Shown: positions 47,595 through 55,936 of the stretch, in pieces
Layout: each line of letters begins with the position of its first letter
Position numbering within the stretch: the first letter of the stretch is position 1
Virus record (IMG/VR): IMGVR_UViG_3300046171_000155
Origin: a virus
Length of the DNA: 64,000 nt
Strand: one strand, 5' to 3'
The notes under the pieces: model-generated
Database searches by the model: none
What the model was told of the DNA's origin: nothing
Seen by the model: the letters and a program-made list of their open reading frames with translations, nothing else
Program-made: the position numbers and the translations under genes

Positions 47595-48815
47595 TTATCT
47601 ACGGGCTGAATCCCAACCCTTTAATATATCGGATGAAAAGTTGTTGTATGAAAATTCCATACGGTCAACCAATTTCACCGCGTCACCACCAAGTGTATCA
47701 ATTGCAACGTATCCTTCTTCGCCAGTCACTTTGTAACCATTAGAAGTTTTTACGAAAGTATCAATTGACTTAAGTTTGTCTAAACTATTTATAAGCTTTA
47801 GTTTCGCAAGTACAATCAATTTTTGCAATTCGAACATTTTTACTAAGTTTGCGCGATTTTTAGGTGAGAAGAATGCCATTTCGTCTTTCATTTTAGCAGT
47901 CCACGCATCCTTACCGCGTTGAGATTTCTTACTCGCAATCTCTTTCTTGTAATACGCTTGCCTATTACTTATAAGACCGTTAACATGTCTAGTTGAGTCT
48001 GGTATCACCGTTCCTGCACGAACAAACTTATTATTGTATGTCTCGATCGCCTGTGCGAACTTAGGGTTTTCTGCCACAGTCTTGAGAGTAGAAGAAGCAG
48101 TCTGTCTGAAGAGTGTACCGATCTGCGACAATATCTCGTTGACATCTTTAGTCTCTCGTTCAGACATCGTCGCATTAGTCACGTCGGTCAACATCGCATC
48201 TTGCGACCACACGTTGCGTGACTTTTTCAACTTACTTACATCAACACCGTAGTCCGCTTTCATGTTCTCAAAAGATGTACCAGTGTATGTTGTGTGCCAT
48301 ACGATACCGATCTTAGCAGCGCGTACTTCTTTCGCTTGATCATAGGGAACTGCGTATGCGATTGTGTTTGGGTGAAACACGCTGTACTTCTGACCGTCAA
48401 TGGTCTTAGTAGTCACATCGCCACTGCCAAACAAAAAGTCGCCTTGTATGACGCCTTTGATGCCGAGCGCAGGAAGGTATCGCAAAGCATCTTTCAACTT
48501 AGAGTTTAGATCACCCGAAGTGTCCGCATCGATATCTGCGTCTGTCTTGTAGACCTTTGGGTTCTTGTTGAAGATGCCTTTCTTAGCGACAAAGAACTCG
48601 CCGTCTGAAGGGTCAGTACCACAGAAGATCGCAGGCGCACCGTCCCACTTTACAGAGATGCGTCCCTTTGATGTGCCAGATAACATGTCACGTAGTCCAC
48701 GCAAGGCGTTGATCGCCTGACGTGTGCCGTCAACTCCACCGTACAAAACTTTGTCCTCGATGTGAGTCATGTGTGTATTCTTCTGTTCTGTAATAAAGTT
48801 GCTAAAGGTTTCCAT
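47595..48815 (-). CDS. DUF6267-like protein with ligase-superfamily motifs
   Basis: METFSNFITE start; KWDG, QGDFLF, EGYV, VKLVDR. Confidence 0.7.
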   Translation of the reverse strand: METFSNFITEQKNTHMTHIEDKVLYGGVDGTRQAINALRGLRDMLSGTSKGRISVKWDGAPAIFCGTDPSDGEFFVAKKGIFNKNPKVYKTDADIDADTSGDLNSKLKDALRYLPALGIKGVIQGDFLFGSGDVTTKTIDGQKYSVFHPNTIAYAVPYDQAKEVRAAKIGIVWHTTYTGTSFENMKADYGVDVSKLKKSRNVWSQDAMLTDVTNATMSERETKDVNEILSQIGTLFRQTASSTLKTVAENPKFAQAIETYNNKFVRAGTVIPDSTRHVNGLISNRQAYYKKEIASKKSQRGKDAWTAKMKDEMAFFSPKNRANLVKMFELQKLIVLAKLKLINSLDKLKSIDTFVKTSNGYKVTGEEGYVAIDTLGGDAVKLVDRMEFSYNNFSSDILKGWDSARR

Positions 48816-48816
48816 A

Positions 48817-50226
48817 TTAGTATAGTTTCGCAAATGGTCCAAAGAGTTCACCCTTTTTCTGACCAAGATATGATATGTCAGAAAGTAAATCACTCAATTT
48901 TTTTACATCTCGTATAGAGAATATTTCGTTTAGAAGATCTAACTGCTGTAGTTTACTGTTCGCAACAGCGCGTTCGTTATCATTCTTCGCGGTGTCAAAT
49001 ACTGCAGCAACATTCTCAGTGAATTCTTCTGCGGTCTTGATGCTCATATCAACTTTACCCGTCGCCTTCAAAGACTTGAATCGTTTGATATGAGTCTCTT
49101 CATCATTCAGAAACTCATCTATATTCTTCGGATAGTTTCTCCAAGATCTCCATCGTTCAGTTTCTCTGATGCCGTATGCTCTAAGTGTCTGACTTACCAT
49201 ATCAAGCGGTGCCTTTCCTAGTCGAGCAGCTCGGGCACTAACGTCAGTGCCTTCCAATTTCAGGTTGTTGTACCCTCGTGAGTTCTGTCGAATCTGAAAA
49301 GCAATGGTGATCTTGCTGGATGATATCTTGAATGATGATTCTGTGTTTTCAAAATATCCTTTACCGTTAGTCTTTAGGTTGAGTTTCGCTTCGTCAAAAC
49401 TAAATGCGTAATCATCGCCGTCAAACACTTCTTCAGTATCAAAGTTCACCAACTCCCATCGAGCGGTCTTACCCGACATCTTTTTGAGTGAGATACCTAC
49501 GATCTGACGTTTGTGAAACAAGTCTTGCAGAATCACGTTGAACTCTGTAAGCGATGTACTGTTGTCTAGTATCTTCGCGTCTAGGTTTCGCTTGATTCTT
49601 TCTAGGTCTGAAACTAACCAGATATCCGCTGGGTTCCATGTGTCTTTCTGATTGATGCCGTAGAGGTTCTTGCACCGTTCAGTAATGTAGTCCATGAAAC
49701 CATCATCGCGACTGTAGTGACCGTACTGTGTATTGCCAACTTTCTGTTGCGTCAACTTCTGTTGCTCAAAGAAAACATTCTCCCAATACTCATCCATTCC
49801 AGGGTATTCTTCTAAAAGTTCTGCTCGGTACAGTTTCAGAAAAGTCTCTTTATTTGAGTACCCGTTGTTCTCGATACCTTTCTTAATCGCGAGCAGACTT
49901 GCTCGTTCTTGCATCGCAGTGGTCTTGCCGTCAGGTTGACCGAGACCAGCGCCACCACGACCACTAAACTGAGACTTGTCAATCTGTGACCAAGTGTATC
50001 CATTGAAGATGGGAGCATACTTCGAACCAGACTTTGCAACTCTGGTAATTGCAGTCATATCTTGTTTGCCGACTGCAGTTACGAACTTCTTTACTTCGTC
50101 AGTATGATTGACCTTCTGAGAGACATTGCCCTTGAATTTGACATCATCACCGTTAGTGATACTCTCAGCGAGCATATTCAAATATGGTTTTGCAAAACCA
50201 AATTCATTCGCTCCGAGCATTGCCAT
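48817..50226 (-). CDS. PD-(D/E)XK nuclease-like protein
   Basis: TAMQE, WNPADIW, GISLKK; late promoter at 50265-50272. Confidence 0.55.
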   Translation of the reverse strand: MAMLGANEFGFAKPYLNMLAESITNGDDVKFKGNVSQKVNHTDEVKKFVTAVGKQDMTAITRVAKSGSKYAPIFNGYTWSQIDKSQFSGRGGAGLGQPDGKTTAMQERASLLAIKKGIENNGYSNKETFLKLYRAELLEEYPGMDEYWENVFFEQQKLTQQKVGNTQYGHYSRDDGFMDYITERCKNLYGINQKDTWNPADIWLVSDLERIKRNLDAKILDNSTSLTEFNVILQDLFHKRQIVGISLKKMSGKTARWELVNFDTEEVFDGDDYAFSFDEAKLNLKTNGKGYFENTESSFKISSSKITIAFQIRQNSRGYNNLKLEGTDVSARAARLGKAPLDMVSQTLRAYGIRETERWRSWRNYPKNIDEFLNDEETHIKRFKSLKATGKVDMSIKTAEEFTENVAAVFDTAKNDNERAVANSKLQQLDLLNEIFSIRDVKKLSDLLSDISYLGQKKGELFGPFAKLY

Positions 50227-50267
50227 GTGATAGTCTCCGTTAGTTAGATAAGTATAACAGATACTAT

Positions 50268-50946
50268 TTATATGTCAAGCGTATTCCCAGAATTTTCTGC
50301 GTTGTATTTTGCTATTGTCTCGCGCAAGGGACGGACCCACGTATCTCTATGTTCGATAAAGATTTGCGGTTCGTGGTTGTCAACTGAGACAATCGTCACT
50401 AACTGAGTGATTGGTTGTTTAGTACGCTCTTCCCACATGATTGCGTAGGCGGACTCTTGCATGAAGTAATTGGTGATCCAATCCTTTCGTTTGGGTTTCA
50501 TAGATGTTTTGAAATCAATGATAGAAAGACTACCATCGAACTCAGCAACGCAATCGACGCGACCAGCCACTCCCAAGTGGTTTGAGTAGAGAGGGGCTTC
50601 CTGTGCGATATACTCGACCGATACGATTATCCAAAATGGGCTTAAGATCACCAAAGCTACTAATAATGTCTGGAGTATATCCATCTTTAAAGTTCTCCTC
50701 GTTGTTGATATACTTCTCTACGATCTCGTGGACTCGCGTCCCACGCGAGGATGCGCGGTGCGAGATACGATTCGCTTCTTCATGACCTACTCTTGCTCGC
50801 CACTTTGCAATAGATTCACGGGACAGTATCGAAAGAACTGTTGTGATGGATGGAAGGTTGATGCCTTCAGGTGTGCGGTACTGTCGCCCCTTCTCAGTGG
50901 TGACAGCATTCATTTCGGTTAATTCTGTAAATACGTGTTCAAACAT
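50268..50946 (-). CDS. Cas4-like/PD-(D/E)XK exonuclease (extra base near 50607)
   Basis: PSITTVL, RGT.VH, QE..LYS, AGRVD, IIDFKTS, Q..AY across two frames. Confidence 0.85.
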
Positions 50947-51105
50947 TATATATCCAAGTCTTTTTGGTCAATTTCTCTTCGCTCTTTTCTCACAAGATAT
51001 GCCGCAACGATAAAACCAGTTGTAGACAAAAATCCAATGAAAGCAAAAAAGTATAGTAGATATTGTAGCATAAAAACTCTCACGTGTCAATAATAAAAAA
51101 AGAAT

Positions 51106-51253
51106 CCTCACTGGCGCGGGACCATAATTAGCACATTATATTTGAAGCCGAACCCACTATTCATTGCTAGGCATACTTACATGCGCTATTGAGAGATCGC
51201 AACTTTCGTGTCTCTGGTCTTCGTGCTAGGTCTGCAGACCACGCCGAGTGAGG
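51106..51253 (-). ncRNA. Unassigned ~148-nt structured RNA downstream of tRNA-Ala
   Basis: 14-bp closing stem, nested helices, GAAA tetraloop, trailing U-run. Confidence 0.6.
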
Positions 51254-51257
51254 AAAC

Positions 51258-51333
51258 TGGTGGAGCTAGAGGGAGTCGAACCCACGACCTCTTGAATGCA
51301 AATCAAGCGCTCTCCCAACTGAGCTATAGCCCC
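51258..51333 (-). tRNA. tRNA-Ala(UGC)
   Basis: Cloverleaf, anticodon TGC, encoded CCA; late promoter at 51343-51350. Confidence 0.95.
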
Positions 51334-51352
51334 TATATTTCCTATTTATACT

Positions 51353-52766
51353 TTAGTCGCACCCAAGATCTTGACGCGACAATTCATCGTTGTTGATAGG
51401 ACAGTTGCCACTTGGTAACGACTCTGGCACATATCGCATCAACTCTGGATCATGCAAACCGTTCTCAAGGAACGCAACAAGGTTCGCAATCTCATCTTCG
51501 GTCAAGTCGAGCGGCGTAAACCGATAGTCAAGATCTGAGATCTCTACTTGCGGATGTTGGGGGACAGCATCGACTTTGTATCGCACGACATCTTCTACAC
51601 TAGAAAACGAAGCACCGTGACCGAATACGGTAGTATCTATAAGGTTGTAAAGAGGCGGAACTTTGAATGCGAACTTCTCCATCTCATCACCAGTGAACCC
51701 ACCACGACCCTCTCTAGTCGCATCGTTGACTTCACCTACTGTATCTTCCCAGATGTCCAGATCATGGAACCCGACAGTCATAAACACTTCGTCAGCCATC
51801 GCACCGACAGGGTGACGACAAGGCAGGTCCGTTGTGACATGTGTGACAGTTGCCTTTACCAAAGAACACCTCTGCGCCTGCGACTTCAGATTCAGTCATC
51901 GCAGTTTCGTCGCCTTTCAAGTATGCTTGGAAGGGTGCTTGGTTCGCAAGAATGGTTCGTTCGTATGCAGCGATTGCTAGTGCAGTTGCCTCTAACATAT
52001 CGTCGGGTTCTGCAATACCATACGCAGCCTCATACATCTCACGATAAGTTTCGTTGGTGCGCAGAATAGAGTCATCGGTGTCGCCCATACGATGCACACC
52101 TAGACCCGCAACTGCTTGTGTCTCTAGACCAGCGAAGTTACGCAGATTTGCTTCTTTAGGAGTGCCTTCTGTGAAGTGACGATCGGGATCAATACCGACG
52201 TTTACATTACCAGCGATGACGTTACCGAACTGACCGTTCCACAACATCACTTCTTGGTATGCGGTGTTCAATACTGTAGGTGACGTAACGGGTTGTACGT
52301 CGATGTCTTCTGGATTGACACCAGCTGCAATCATGCGGTGATCGAAACCGACACCACCCTCACCGATACCCTGACGAATACCAGACTTGAATCCGTTCTG
52401 TGCGTTGTGACAAGATGCACAAGAGAAAGTATCTTCCATACCCGCGATGTTGCCGTCGGTGATACCAGTCTCATGATAGATCAACTGACCGAGCGCAACT
52501 TTCTCTGCAGTAATAGGATTGCTTGGATCTTGTGGAATGCTGTCGAAGTCATCACTCTCTGGGAGAATGTACTCTTCATACGAACCGATCGTTGATGTCG
52601 AATCAAGTAATGTGAGCAGATTGTCACGCGCCTCGACTGCAGGGTCAACTGGAGTTACGGTTGGGGGAGTTACGACTACGGGGTTGGGAGCGGATGCGTT
52701 ATCTGCACCCCCTGAACACGCACTCAGGAGTGCAGTAGACACAGCTACAGTTAGTAGTTTCTTCAT
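51353..52766 (-). CDS. Di-heme cytochrome c peroxidase (CCP/MauG family) lipoprotein (extra C near 51812)
   Basis: Lipobox LSAC; CASCH and CHTCH; FKVPPLYN, FGHG, LT.DE..NLVAFL in the second frame. Confidence 0.85.
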
Positions 52767-52810
52767 AATATAAGAGTCCTCTCAATTACTCTTTTTCAAT
52801 TTAGAACAGA

Positions 52811-52855
52811 ATTATATAATAGTCAGATAGTGTTTGTCAAGCGGTAATTTTACAC
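52811..52855 (-). promoter_or_regulatory. Early promoter with adjacent 13-bp box
   Basis: TTGACA-18-TATAAT; GGTAATTTTACAC at 52843. Confidence 0.65.
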
Positions 52856-52869
52856 TTTTTGAAAATAAA

Positions 52870-52957
52870 TGGCGGTGGGCGTAGGATTCGAACCTACGGA
52901 ACCTCTCGGTTCAACGGTTTTCAAGACCGCCGCTTTCGACCGCTCAGCCAGCCCACC
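52870..52957 (-). tRNA. tRNA-Ser(UGA)
   Basis: Long variable arm, anticodon TGA, CCA. Confidence 0.95.
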
Positions 52958-52962
52958 TAATT

Positions 52963-53211
52963 TTATGACTTGGGTTCTCTATAGAACCTTTTAGAAACTG
53001 CGTCCCACTCTTGTGGAGAGATATCATTGATTGATGACCTTGGTTTGGGATCTGCAAGATCTACAGTATTTCGTTCACGCAATTCGTTAGGATACTCTGG
53101 TGGAGTTCTAGTGTTTTGGTATCGATCAACACTTTCTGTCAACGCTTCGAATGTCTGATTCAACTCTTTGATGTTCTGTTGCATTCTCTGCAACTCTGCA
53201 ATGAAACTCAT
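52963..53211 (-). CDS. Hypothetical protein
   Basis: GGAGG SD; SINDISPQEWD motif. Confidence 0.6.
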   Translation of the reverse strand: MSFIAELQRMQQNIKELNQTFEALTESVDRYQNTRTPPEYPNELRERNTVDLADPKPRSSINDISPQEWDAVSKRFYREPKS

Positions 53212-53299
53212 ATTGCCTCCATAATAAGAAAGGGGGGTTACCTCCCCATGTTGCTCCTGGGCACCACTGATTCAGTTATTTCAATAGGGGAATCAGACC

Positions 53300-53677
53300 C
53301 TAAGTCAATTCATCTTCACTCACATACCGATTGCGGTATGTCATTATAAACGCACCTATACTTAGTAGTACAATACCACCCGCTTCAAAGAGAATGATCG
53401 CAGGATCAAACTCTTTACTCTGCAAGATGATCATACGACTCAATGCAGTAGTTGCAATGATGATAGGTAATGTTGCAGGGATGCGGTGACTGCGATAGAA
53501 TATCGCAACCATGCCCACAACCTCTGCATAGATGAACAAGAGAAGCAGGTCAGTCAGTGCGACTGTCCGCGCAAGAATCAAAGTGTATATCTCTTCACCA
53601 ACAGCAAACACTGTTGCGAAGACGATCACACTCAAAATTAGTTTTTCAAACAAATCAAAAAAATGTGTCATAATCAA
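53300..53677 (-). CDS. psiE: Phosphate-starvation-inducible PsiE-like membrane protein
   Basis: L.DLLLLFIYAEV.GMV, P.IIA.TAL.R.II; four TM. Confidence 0.75.
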   Translation of the reverse strand: MIMTHFFDLFEKLILSVIVFATVFAVGEEIYTLILARTVALTDLLLLFIYAEVVGMVAIFYRSHRIPATLPIIIATTALSRMIILQSKEFDPAIILFEAGGIVLLSIGAFIMTYRNRYVSEDELT

Positions 53678-54002
53678 ACCTCATATTTGAACCTTTCTGC
53701 AACAACATGGACGTATCCTGTTTGTGTCAGATTAGTCGGTATGCCATAGGTCTCGCAGTATTTCTGACAAGCACCTTCACTAGTGATTGCAGATACGAGA
53801 CCCATGAACTCGCCGTTGATATAAATTTTCCAAACCCCAGTCATGCTCGTTTTGCAAAGATGTCGTCAAAAGAGAGACCAGAGTATTTGCTCGCACTTCT
53901 GCTGTGTATGTTATACCAGCGTTCTCGTGCTCCGTACTCTGTTAGTGAATAGGTTAGACCTACTTGAATACCCTTGTAGAAGATTTTCCATTCGTGTATC
54001 AT
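53674..54002 (-). CDS. Two tandem small paralogous proteins (53674-53844; 53841-54002 with indel)
   Basis: Both read WKI...G...GL....T..GA. Confidence 0.5.
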
Positions 54003-54015
54003 AACATTTCCTTAT

Positions 54016-54092
54016 TGGTCGGAGATGTAGGATTCGAACCTACGACCCCCGCATCCCAAATGCGGTGCGCTACCAGACTGCGCCAATCTCCG
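54016..54092 (-). tRNA. tRNA-Pro(UGG)
   Basis: Cloverleaf, TGG, CCA. Confidence 0.95.
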
Positions 54093-54305
54093 TTAACTGT
54101 TTGAAACAAACTCGTTGATGACTTTTACCCTTTCCATGATATCTTCCATAGTGGGATATGTCGGAAACTCTGGGATGGTATCAACGCCACCAGTTTCAAT
54201 CAAGACTTCTCGGCGATTTACTTTAGCCCAGTACTCATCTGTTAGGACATTTCTTGCTTCGTTAAAAATTTGGAACCGAAGTTCATATGGATTTGTATTA
54301 GACAT
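54093..54305 (-). CDS. Conserved small phage protein (PYELR...YPT family)
   Basis: CA-rich leader plus AAGGAG; NPYELRFQI...YPT.EDI....NEFVS. Confidence 0.7.
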   Translation of the reverse strand: MSNTNPYELRFQIFNEARNVLTDEYWAKVNRREVLIETGGVDTIPEFPTYPTMEDIMERVKVINEFVSNS

Positions 54306-54333
54306 AATTGTCTCCTTGTGTGTGTTGTGTGTT

Positions 54334-54401
54334 GAGCAGTTTTCCACATACTCAGGTGACGGGCGTAACGACCAGAGTGAGTTTAGAGTCATCTCAGGAC
54401 T
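54334..54401 (-). ncRNA. Two tandem abiF-like pseudoknot RNA motifs
   Basis: AGUCCUGAGAUGACUCUAAACUCACUC and CACCUGAGUAUGUGGAAAACUGCUC. Confidence 0.5.
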
Positions 54402-54404
54402 AAT

Positions 54405-54488
54405 TGGTGGGGAGGGGTGGATTCGAACCACCGAAGCTCTCGCGTCAGATTTACAGTCTGATCCATTTGGCCGCTCTGGAACCTCCCC
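54405..54488 (-). tRNA. tRNA-Tyr(GUA)
   Basis: Cloverleaf, GTA, CCA. Confidence 0.95.
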
Positions 54489-54493
54489 GATGT

Positions 54494-54691
54494 TTAGTCG
54501 AGGATAATCTCCTCGCGATTCTTCTTAGCGGGTTGACGAATGCCAAGGTAAGTTTCGAGAATCTCGATCTCCTTGTCCTTACGCTTCTGCCACTGTTTCT
54601 CAGTACGTCCGTTCTTCTCAAAGAACGTTGACGTCTGAAGACGTTCGAGTGCACCTTCACGTCGGCGCTTAACTACATGCTTACCTCGCAT
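54494..54691 (-). CDS. Small basic hypothetical protein
   Basis: GAGGAG SD; RRREGALERL. Confidence 0.6.
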   Translation of the reverse strand: MRGKHVVKRRREGALERLQTSTFFEKNGRTEKQWQKRKDKEIEILETYLGIRQPAKKNREEIILD

Positions 54692-54692
54692 A

Positions 54693-54911
54693 TCACTCCT
54701 CTTCTTTTAGTGGTTGAAGTTCTTCATAGAGAACACACCAAGTTTGAACTTTCTCTTCATCGGCACACATTATTGTGCCATAATAGGGAATACATCTCTC
54801 TTGAACTATTACCCTAGACTTCCAATCAAGACATATTCTTTCATCTTCATTGGCAACAATTATACTACAACCTACTATAAATGTCAATACTGCAACAACA
54901 AGAAATCTCAT
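54693..54911 (-). CDS. Small Cys-rich secreted/lipoprotein
   Basis: Signal with IVGC; four further Cys. Confidence 0.55.
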   Translation of the reverse strand: MRFLVVAVLTFIVGCSIIVANEDERICLDWKSRVIVQERCIPYYGTIMCADEEKVQTWCVLYEELQPLKEEE

Positions 54912-54927
54912 AATTTTCTCTCAAAGT

Positions 54928-55004
54928 TGGCGGAGCGGACGGGACTCGAACCCGCGACCCCCGGCGTGACAGGCCGGTATTCTAACCAACTGAACTACCG
55001 CTCC
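54928..55004 (-). tRNA. tRNA-Asp(GUC)
   Basis: Cloverleaf, GTC, CCA. Confidence 0.95.
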
Positions 55005-55384
55005 TAATAAGGTTTGAGGCCTTCTTTGCCCCGATGGTATCTCCCCCATATGCAGTGTGCAACTTCGTGTCCAATCAACTCAGGTTCCCACTGCCACTCG
55101 GGATCCTTTATGTACACGGTGCACTCGCCGGTCTCAGGAATCCAGAGAGTAAACGCACTCACTGTGTCCCATTGTATGCCTAGTTTCTGTCGTCTGGCTG
55201 AATTGTACTCGGCTTCGTTTTTGAGTAAAACAAAATGAACTTGTGGATGCAAGTTCTCGTATTCCTTTTCTAGGAACTTATAATCATCCGTACCGTAACG
55301 GTACGCATTGGTGACTCCTGTTCCGGCACAACCGGAGAGGATTAAACTAATCGCTATCGTGAACGTGTAGTTGAATAAGCGCAT
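55004..55384 (-). CDS. Lipoprotein with HExxH (paralog of 17922-18275)
   Basis: LSGC lipobox; GHEVAHCIWGRYH. Confidence 0.6.
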   Translation of the reverse strand: MRLFNYTFTIAISLILSGCAGTGVTNAYRYGTDDYKFLEKEYENLHPQVHFVLLKNEAEYNSARRQKLGIQWDTVSAFTLWIPETGECTVYIKDPEWQWEPELIGHEVAHCIWGRYHRGKEGLKPY

Positions 55385-55628
55385 AATGCAAAACCTTCAT
55401 TAGATCTTTCCGCGCATCGTCACGAGTCCCCTTCTTTCCGTAACGCTGTGCGTACTTTAGTACATTACCGATACAGAAACCTGTACCATGACCCCCATCA
55501 ATAATAAATTCTGTCGCCTGAAACTTCTCTTTGGCGTAGTGTTGGTTATATGTAGCGTCCACATAAGACTTGAATTCTGCGATCAACTTATCTTCATTGA
55601 ACTTATAATCAATTTTTTTAGATGCCAT
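55347..55628 (-). CDS. DUF3310/SaV-like nucleotide kinase-like protein
   Basis: TY..HY, GFCIGNVLKYAQRYGKK, DL.KVLHY. Confidence 0.75.
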   Translation of the reverse strand: MASKKIDYKFNEDKLIAEFKSYVDATYNQHYAKEKFQATEFIIDGGHGTGFCIGNVLKYAQRYGKKGTRDDARKDLMKVLHYALIQLHVHDSD

Positions 55629-55936
55629 TACCACTCCCTCAAAATAGTTGTTGCAATCATAAACCCAGAGACCGCATTCAGCATAATGAGTGCGCGATCT
55701 TTCCAGATAACTGATACCCAAGTCCATAGTATAATACCTACGAACCCGATAGTCAAGTCATACATTCGAAATTCTGGTCCAGCAGAACGCATCGCAAGAG
55801 ATGCGAGAATAAGAATAGACGCAGCCCACTTCAAGTACCAATCGAAGTTCTCGGGCCACCACTCTCTGTCTGGTTTGTTGCGACCGTCCGCTCTCACCAT
55901 CGGGTCACCTCTTCCTGTCTTAGGCATTTTCTTCAA
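55628..55936 (-). CDS. DUF6552-like membrane protein
   Basis: DWYLKW.AS, W.DRALI.LN. Confidence 0.65.
   Translation of the reverse strand: MKKMPKTGRGDPMVRADGRNKPDREWWPENFDWYLKWAASILILASLAMRSAGPEFRMYDLTIGFVGIILWTWVSVIWKDRALIMLNAVSGFMIATTILREW

Noticed and set aside
50268-50946. Cas4-like gene as part of a CRISPR system
   Set aside because: Common stand-alone exonuclease of T4-like phages; no array or other cas genes.
51230-54404. HDV-like/theta or hammerhead ribozymes at tRNA 3' ends
   Set aside because: Could not find the nested double pseudoknot or the CUGANGA/GAAA core by eye.
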